This document shows positions 58,836-64,000 of a stretch of 64,000 nt of DNA, piece after piece. This DNA comes from an uncultured Candidatus Rokubacteria bacterium. Lineage in GTDB: Bacteria > Methylomirabilota > Methylomirabilia > Rokubacteriales > DASRDR01. The stretch spans positions 1,536,001 to 1,600,000 of the forward strand of contig CAWDVE010000010.1 in the NCBI GenBank assembly GCA_963805625.1. The letters are read 5' to 3'. The notes beneath the pieces were generated by a model. The model was not told where the DNA came from. It was given only the letters and a program-made list of their open reading frames with translations, and did no database searches. Position numbers and translations under genes: made by a program. Each line of letters begins with the position of its first letter. Positions within the stretch are counted from its first letter, which is position 1.

Positions 58836-59687
58836 TCACGGGCGAACGCCCGCCGCCCCGTAGTAGTTGAGGCTCATGAAGAAGTCGCCCCGGGCCGCGG
58901 CCTCTTCCGCGCTCCGGAGCCAGCGACGCCCGTCTGCGGCCGCGACGAGACGCCACCGCGTCGCGAGCTCCACGCGTCGTTCCAGCATGGACCGGACGTA
59001 GTCGTCGTAGACCTGATCCACCACGACGAAGGCCTGGCTCCGCACCTGCGCGAGCCCGGCGAGACGCAGGCGGCGGGCGAGCGTCCGCCCGCTCCACGGC
59101 TCGGCGTAGAAGTGCTCCGCGTGGCCGTCCACGATCCGGCGCGTCAGCGCGCGATCGGGCACGTCCAGCACGAAGGTCCCGAAGTCCTGGTCGAGGACCG
59201 CCACCCGGCCGCCAGGCCGCGTGACGCGCATCATCTCGCCGAGGATCCGGTCACCGGCGGGCACGTGGAGGAGGACCGTGACCGCAAGCGTGACGTCGAA
59301 CGACGCCGGTGGGAACGGCAGCGCGAGACCGTCACCGTGACGGAACGTCACCCGGGCGCCGGGACCGGCGCCCCCGGGCCGCCGCCGTGCGACGGCCAGG
59401 AGCACGCGACTCGGATCGACGCCGACGGCAGCGCCCTCGGTGCCCACGCGCGCGGCGACGTCGCGCGTCACGACGCCCGTTCCGCAGCCGACGTCCAGCA
59501 CACGCATCCCGGCCCCGACGCCGGCCAGTGACAGGAAGGCCCGGCGAAGGCGGGTCTGGTTCGGCTGACTGCCGCGGGCTTCGAGGATCCGCGCGAACCG
59601 CCGCGGGTCCGCCTCCCGGTCAATCGCGCGATATGGATCGACGGCGGCGGACATGGCGGAGCTCACCGGACCAGGGCCGGCGGTCAC
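58836..59687 (-). CDS. Class I SAM-dependent methyltransferase
   Basis: VLDVGCGTG, GVD, LPF...SFD, RVTRPGG. Confidence 0.9.
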   Translation of the reverse strand: MTAGPGPVSSAMSAAVDPYRAIDREADPRRFARILEARGSQPNQTRLRRAFLSLAGVGAGMRVLDVGCGTGVVTRDVAARVGTEGAAVGVDPSRVLLAVARRRPGGAGPGARVTFRHGDGLALPFPPASFDVTLAVTVLLHVPAGDRILGEMMRVTRPGGRVAVLDQDFGTFVLDVPDRALTRRIVDGHAEHFYAEPWSGRTLARRLRLAGLAQVRSQAFVVVDQVYDDYVRSMLERRVELATRWRLVAAADGRRWLRSAEEAAARGDFFMSLNYYGAAGVRP

Positions 59688-59944
59688 GAGCGCGTGGCGT
59701 ACTTGTCGGCGCAGGCCGCGCTGCAGAAGTACCGGAGCGCCGGCCCGTTCCCCCGGCTGATCGCCTTGCGACGCGGGATGTACGTTTCACAGACCGGATC
59801 CTTGACGAGCTCGTCGAGGCCCCCCCGCTGCGTCGGTCGCGAGCGGGTGACACCGCGGAGCCCCCCGAGAAAGGAGTAGACGCTCGCCCGGATGATCAGG
59901 AAGAGCAGAAAGGCGAGAACCGCCAGGGCGAGGAAACGGACCAC
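59684..59944 (-). CDS. Membrane-anchored YHS/TRASH-domain protein
   Basis: N-terminal TM; KDPVCETY...YFCS..C. Confidence 0.85.
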   Translation of the reverse strand: MVRFLALAVLAFLLFLIIRASVYSFLGGLRGVTRSRPTQRGGLDELVKDPVCETYIPRRKAISRGNGPALRYFCSAACADKYATRS

Positions 59945-59974
59945 CGACGCCTCGGGCTCGCGGCGGACGGACCG

Positions 59975-60316
59975 CTAGCCGCTCTCCGGCTGGATGCGTA
60001 CCGTGCGCAGGAAGTCGCGGTCGAGCTTCGTCAGCTCGTAGCGCAGGTCGCGCGCCTCCTCGAGGTCGTCCTCGGCCGCCTCCCCGACATCGAAACCGCG
60101 GTCCGCGTCGGTGGCCTCGGGCGCCTCCTCGGCGGTCTCCTCGGCGCTGTTCGAGCGGGCGGTCGCATCCGCCAAGAGGATGAGCCGCGGATCGAACCCG
60201 TTGCGGACGAGCTCGTCGAGCGCCTCACGCACCGCAGGGGAACCATCGAGCGAAGCCTCGACGGCCTCGATCAGCTTCGCCACCAGATCGCGTACAACGT
60301 CCCGCTCGTCCATCAC
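59975..60316 (-). CDS. Hypothetical acidic protein
   Basis: Coding-like ORF ending LTKLDRDFLRTVRI. Confidence 0.7.
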   Translation of the reverse strand: MMDERDVVRDLVAKLIEAVEASLDGSPAVREALDELVRNGFDPRLILLADATARSNSAEETAEEAPEATDADRGFDVGEAAEDDLEEARDLRYELTKLDRDFLRTVRIQPESG

Positions 60317-60353
60317 GACTCTGCGCTCAGAATAGCCGTCGCTCGCGTCGGTG

Positions 60354-61166
60354 TCAAACTTGCGGGCGTCGCCGAATCGCGTCCTCCAGGCGCTCGAAGC
60401 GCCGGCGCAGCGGCTCGAGCGCCTCGTCGTGCGTGATCACGTAGAGCGCGCCGGCCCGGACGGCCGCGAGCGTCTGGGATGCGACGTCGTCCGGATCGAG
60501 CGTGCGTCCGATCAGCGTCATTTCGCTCCCCTCCGGAGCCCTCGGGACGTTCCGCAGGACGGCCGGCCGGTTGCGTCCCGACTGCCGGATACGCGTCGCG
60601 ACACCCATCGGGCACAGAACCGTGACGCCGATGCCGTGGGGGCGGAGATCCTTCGCGAGGGTCTCGGAGAGCCCGACGACCGCGTACTTGGTGGTGTTGT
60701 ACACCCCGAGCCCCTGCGATGCGATCAGCCCCGCCATGGAGGCCGTGTTCACGACGTGCCCGCCCGCCCCGCCTGCGATCATGCGCGGCACGAACGCCAG
60801 GAGACCGTGGACGACGCCCCAGAGGTTGACCCCCACAACCCATTGCCAGTCCTCCCACGTCGCCGCTTCGAGCCCGCCGTGCACGACAACGCCCGCGTTG
60901 TTGCACAGGACGTGGGTCGCGCCGTACCGGTCGAACACCCGGTCCGCCAGGGCGTCCACCTGACGCCGGTCGGCGACGTCCGTTCGGATGGCCAGCCCCT
61001 CCGCGCCGGCGGCCGCCAACTGTCGCACGGTGTCCGCGGCGTCGGCCTCGTTGATGTCGGCGACGACAACCCGAGCGCCTTCTCGGGCCAGGGCCAGCGC
61101 GAGTGCACGACCGATGCCGCTTCCTCCGCCTGTGACGACCGCGATCTTCCTCTCGAAGGTCCTCAT
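60354..61166 (-). CDS. Short-chain dehydrogenase/reductase
   Basis: TGGGSGIG, NNAG, NTAS, YNTTK; ATGA overlap with upstream gene. Confidence 0.93.
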   Translation of the reverse strand: MRTFERKIAVVTGGGSGIGRALALALAREGARVVVADINEADAADTVRQLAAAGAEGLAIRTDVADRRQVDALADRVFDRYGATHVLCNNAGVVVHGGLEAATWEDWQWVVGVNLWGVVHGLLAFVPRMIAGGAGGHVVNTASMAGLIASQGLGVYNTTKYAVVGLSETLAKDLRPHGIGVTVLCPMGVATRIRQSGRNRPAVLRNVPRAPEGSEMTLIGRTLDPDDVASQTLAAVRAGALYVITHDEALEPLRRRFERLEDAIRRRPQV

Positions 61167-61840
61167 GGATCGTGGGGCTGCTCGGCCCGCGCCTCGTGCA
61201 TCGCGCGGAGCTGCGGGGCCAAGATCCGCTCGTAGCACTGGGGACAGATCCCGTGGCTGAACTGGGCGTCCGTATGGGCGCTCAGGTACTCCTCCACCTG
61301 CTGCCAATAGTTCTTGTCATCGCGGATCTTCTTGCAGTACGCACAGATCGGCAGGAGGCCGTGCAGCTGCTTGACGCGGGTAATGGCCACCTCGAGCTCG
61401 CGCACACGTTCGGCTAGCTTGCGCCTGAGCTCCACCACGCGCATGGCCACGATCAGCCGGGCACGGAGCTCATCGTGGTCGAAGGGCTTCCCCATGAAGT
61501 CGTCAGCGCCCGCCTCCAGGCCCTCGACGACGTTCGCCCGCTCAGCATTGGCCGTGAGCAGGATCAGATATGGGGGTGTCGGGCTCCCCTGCGCCTGAAG
61601 GCGACGGCAGATCTCAACGCCCTCGAGGCCCGGCATCACCCAGTCAAGGATGGCGACGGACGGGGCCCCAGGCCGCTGGAGCGCCGCCCAGGCCTCGTCG
61701 CCGTCCACCGTGACCACGACCTCATGGCCCCAGCGCCGGAGCGTGGCCTCCAGGAGGCGACGCGAGGCCGCCTCGTCCTCGGCGATGAGAACGGGGGCGA
61801 GCGCCGCAGGGCTCGCCGCCGGGGAATCGGGCGTCGTCAT
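61163..61840 (-). CDS. Response regulator receiver protein with C-terminal Cys/His-rich domain
   Basis: IAED, LDWVMP, LLT, KP; C-terminal LPICAYCKKIR...SHGICPQC. Confidence 0.9.
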   Translation of the reverse strand: MTTPDSPAASPAALAPVLIAEDEAASRRLLEATLRRWGHEVVVTVDGDEAWAALQRPGAPSVAILDWVMPGLEGVEICRRLQAQGSPTPPYLILLTANAERANVVEGLEAGADDFMGKPFDHDELRARLIVAMRVVELRRKLAERVRELEVAITRVKQLHGLLPICAYCKKIRDDKNYWQQVEEYLSAHTDAQFSHGICPQCYERILAPQLRAMHEARAEQPHDP

Positions 61841-61969
61841 GGTGCGTCCCTCCACCCTCAGGACGCCCCGAGCGACCCCAGGCGTCCGAAGCCGGCCTCC
61901 GCCTCCCTCACCATGCCCTGCGAGGCCCGGTGAGCACTCGTCGTCGAGTCGGGAGACTCTCCCTCAAAC

Positions 61970-63016
61970 CTACACTTCCGGCGCCACGGGCCCGCCGATC
62001 TCGAGCGACCGGTACGCCGCCAGCACCAGCGCCAGGTCGGCGCGCGCGGACTCCGGGGGGAGAGCCGGCGCTCGCCCGTCCCGCACCGCCGCGACGAACT
62101 CGCCCAACTGGGCCACCAGACCCCGCCGGTCGCGCACGAAGGCGCGCACCCGCGTGCCGGGCCGGCCGCGGAGCCAGAGGGCACGGCCGCGGTGATGCAC
62201 CCCCAGAGATCCCTCGGTGCCCGTCAGCCAGGCCCACTGCGAACGGGGCAGCCCCGGCGCGGCAACGGAATTGGTCAGCGTCGCGACGGCGCCGCTCCGG
62301 AACCGGACGAGCAGAAAGACGGTGTCCTCGCCCTCGACCGCGGGAAACGTGTTCGGGGGCGCCAGGGCGACGACCTCGTCCACCGCTCCGGCCCAGTCGC
62401 GCAGGAGGTGCAGGTAGTGGATGCCACCATCGATCAGGAGCCCGCCCCCCATCTCCGCCCGGCGGCTCCGCCACCCCATGGGCCGCCGGTAGCCGCGCGC
62501 GGTTACGACGATCTGACGGATCTCCCCGATCGCTCCCGCCCGCAGATAGGCGCGCACCGCCACGAAGCCCGGGACGAAGTGCGCGTTCTCGGCCACCATC
62601 AGCACGACACCGGCCGAGCGTACGGCCGAGAGGATCGCATCGGCCTCGGCCAGAGTCCGCGCGATCGGCTTCTCGAGGAGGATGCTCTTGCCGTGCTCGG
62701 CGGCCAGGCGGGCGTGCGCCTCGTGCAGATGATGAGGCGTGCAGACGACGAGCGCGTCGACGCGAGGATCGGCGGCCGCGGCCTCGTAGGAGCCGAAGGC
62801 CGCGAATCCGCCGAAGCGCCGACGGTACACCTCCGCGCGCCCCGGATCGCGACTCGCGAACGCGATCCGTACCGAGCCGCCGAGCTGCCGGGCGGCGCGA
62901 GCGTGAAAGGTCGCGAACCGGCCGCATCCGACGATGCCAAGCCCAAGGGGACCCGAGCCCGGCGACGCACGGAGCGGCCGGACCGAAGGGCCTCCACTCG
63001 CGTGTGGCACGGCCAT
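61970..63016 (-). CDS. Gfo/Idh/MocA family oxidoreductase
   Basis: GIVGCG, TPHHLH, EKP, GGG.LID.GIH; start uncertain. Confidence 0.9.
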   Translation of the reverse strand: MAVPHASGGPSVRPLRASPGSGPLGLGIVGCGRFATFHARAARQLGGSVRIAFASRDPGRAEVYRRRFGGFAAFGSYEAAAADPRVDALVVCTPHHLHEAHARLAAEHGKSILLEKPIARTLAEADAILSAVRSAGVVLMVAENAHFVPGFVAVRAYLRAGAIGEIRQIVVTARGYRRPMGWRSRRAEMGGGLLIDGGIHYLHLLRDWAGAVDEVVALAPPNTFPAVEGEDTVFLLVRFRSGAVATLTNSVAAPGLPRSQWAWLTGTEGSLGVHHRGRALWLRGRPGTRVRAFVRDRRGLVAQLGEFVAAVRDGRAPALPPESARADLALVLAAYRSLEIGGPVAPEV

Positions 63017-63072
63017 GTCGCGCATCCTACGCACCCTTCCGGGGCCGCGCAACGTCGGCTACAATCGAACAC

Positions 63073-64000
63073 ATGCGAAGGGTTGCGGTCGTCGGCCTCG
63101 GGGTGACGACATTCGGCAAGCACGAGCGGACGTGCGCGGAGCTGTTCGCGGAGGCCGGGCTCGATGCCCTGATCGACGCGGGCATCCGCCCGCGCCAGGT
63201 TCAGGGCGTGTACGTGGGCAACGTCGTCGGCGAAGCCGGTGAGCGGCAGCTCCACCTCGGCCCCCAGGTCGCCTCGGCGCTGGGCATTCCGGAGGTGGCG
63301 GCCACCCGGTTCGAGACGGCGTGCGCATCGAGTCACGCGGCCTTCCGTCATGCGCTCTTCGAGATCGCCTCGGGCGCGGCCGACGTCCTCCTGGTGGGCG
63401 GCGCCGAGCGTGTCCTGACCATGCCCACCGAGCGCTCGACCGAGGTGTTCGCCTACGCCTCGGACGCGGTCTTCGAGCAGCCGGTAGGGCTGACCTTCCC
63501 GGGAGTTTTCGCGCTGATCGCCCGCGCCCACATGGCGAAGCACGGCACGACCGAGGAGCAGATGGCGCACGTGGCCGTGAAGAACCATCGCCACGGAGCG
63601 CTCAACCCCAAGGCCCAGTTTCAGAAGGAGATCACGCTCGAGCAGGTGCTCCGCAGCGCCAGGGTGGCCGACCCGCTCAAGCTCTACGACTGCTGCCCGT
63701 TCTCGGACGGCGCGGCCGCGGTCGTCCTCGCGTCCGAGGAGGTCGCGCGCACGACCCGGAAGCCCGTGTGGGTGCTCGGCTCCGCCCAGGCGGGTGACTC
63801 CATGTGTCTGCACGACAAGCGAGACCTCGCGCGGGCGGTGGCCACGGAGCGCGCCGCCCTGACGGCGTACCGACAGGCGGGGCTTGGGCCCCGGGACGTG
63901 GACGTCGTCGAGCTCCACGACTGCTTCACGATCGCCGAGATCGTCGCCACCGAAGGCCTCGGCCTCTGCGAGCCGGGCACGGGAGGGATCGCGGCGGAGA
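63073..64000 (+). CDS. Thiolase, SCP2/archaeal-type (3'-partial; not in the ORF track)
   Basis: MRRVAVVGLG, ETACASS, VAVKNH..G..NPKAQF, DCCPFSDGAAA, ELHDCFT. Confidence 0.92.
   Translation, partial: MRRVAVVGLGVTTFGKHERTCAELFAEAGLDALIDAGIRPRQVQGVYVGNVVGEAGERQLHLGPQVASALGIPEVAATRFETACASSHAAFRHALFEIASGAADVLLVGGAERVLTMPTERSTEVFAYASDAVFEQPVGLTFPGVFALIARAHMAKHGTTEEQMAHVAVKNHRHGALNPKAQFQKEITLEQVLRSARVADPLKLYDCCPFSDGAAAVVLASEEVARTTRKPVWVLGSAQAGDSMCLHDKRDLARAVATERAALTAYRQAGLGPRDVDVVELHDCFTIAEIVATEGLGLCEPGTGGIAAE

Noticed and set aside
61163-61400. Cys/His-rich tail on the response regulator as a novelty
   Set aside because: The LPIC..CKKIR...SHGIC..C tail is a common, widely seen module

Overview
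This is a gene-dense, very GC-rich bacterial chromosomal window. Gene content and style suggest Candidatus Rokubacteria/Methylomirabilota, which is inference only. It holds about 65 CDS, mostly catabolic, transport and redox genes: hydantoinase A/B, two peptide/nickel-type ABC clusters, lysA, aroK, msrP/msrQ, a YitJ-type HMT-MTHFR, a stand-alone corrinoid protein with a homocysteine methyltransferase, peptidases and a thiolase. I saw no rRNA, tRNA, CRISPR array or intact transposase. The main hidden signal is two paralogous AhpD/CMD-like genes (36016-36606 and 55363-55926), each broken into two pieces by the ORF track. Each has an in-frame UGA at the second Cys of the redox motif (C-x-F-U-x-D-I-N), followed 11-12 nt later by a SECIS-like hairpin of different sequence but the same position, so both are probably selenoproteins. 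One of them lies between msrP and msrQ. Other notable items are a DUF169-MtaA/UroD-like fusion, a membrane/HAMP-fused trehalose-6-phosphate synthase with two frameshifts, GGGGTCAGACTTTGA REP-like repeats that form the 3' ends of two genes, a pseudogene with a large internal deletion, an RraA-like remnant, and several apparently leaderless promoters. All product calls come from motif recognition; no database search was run.
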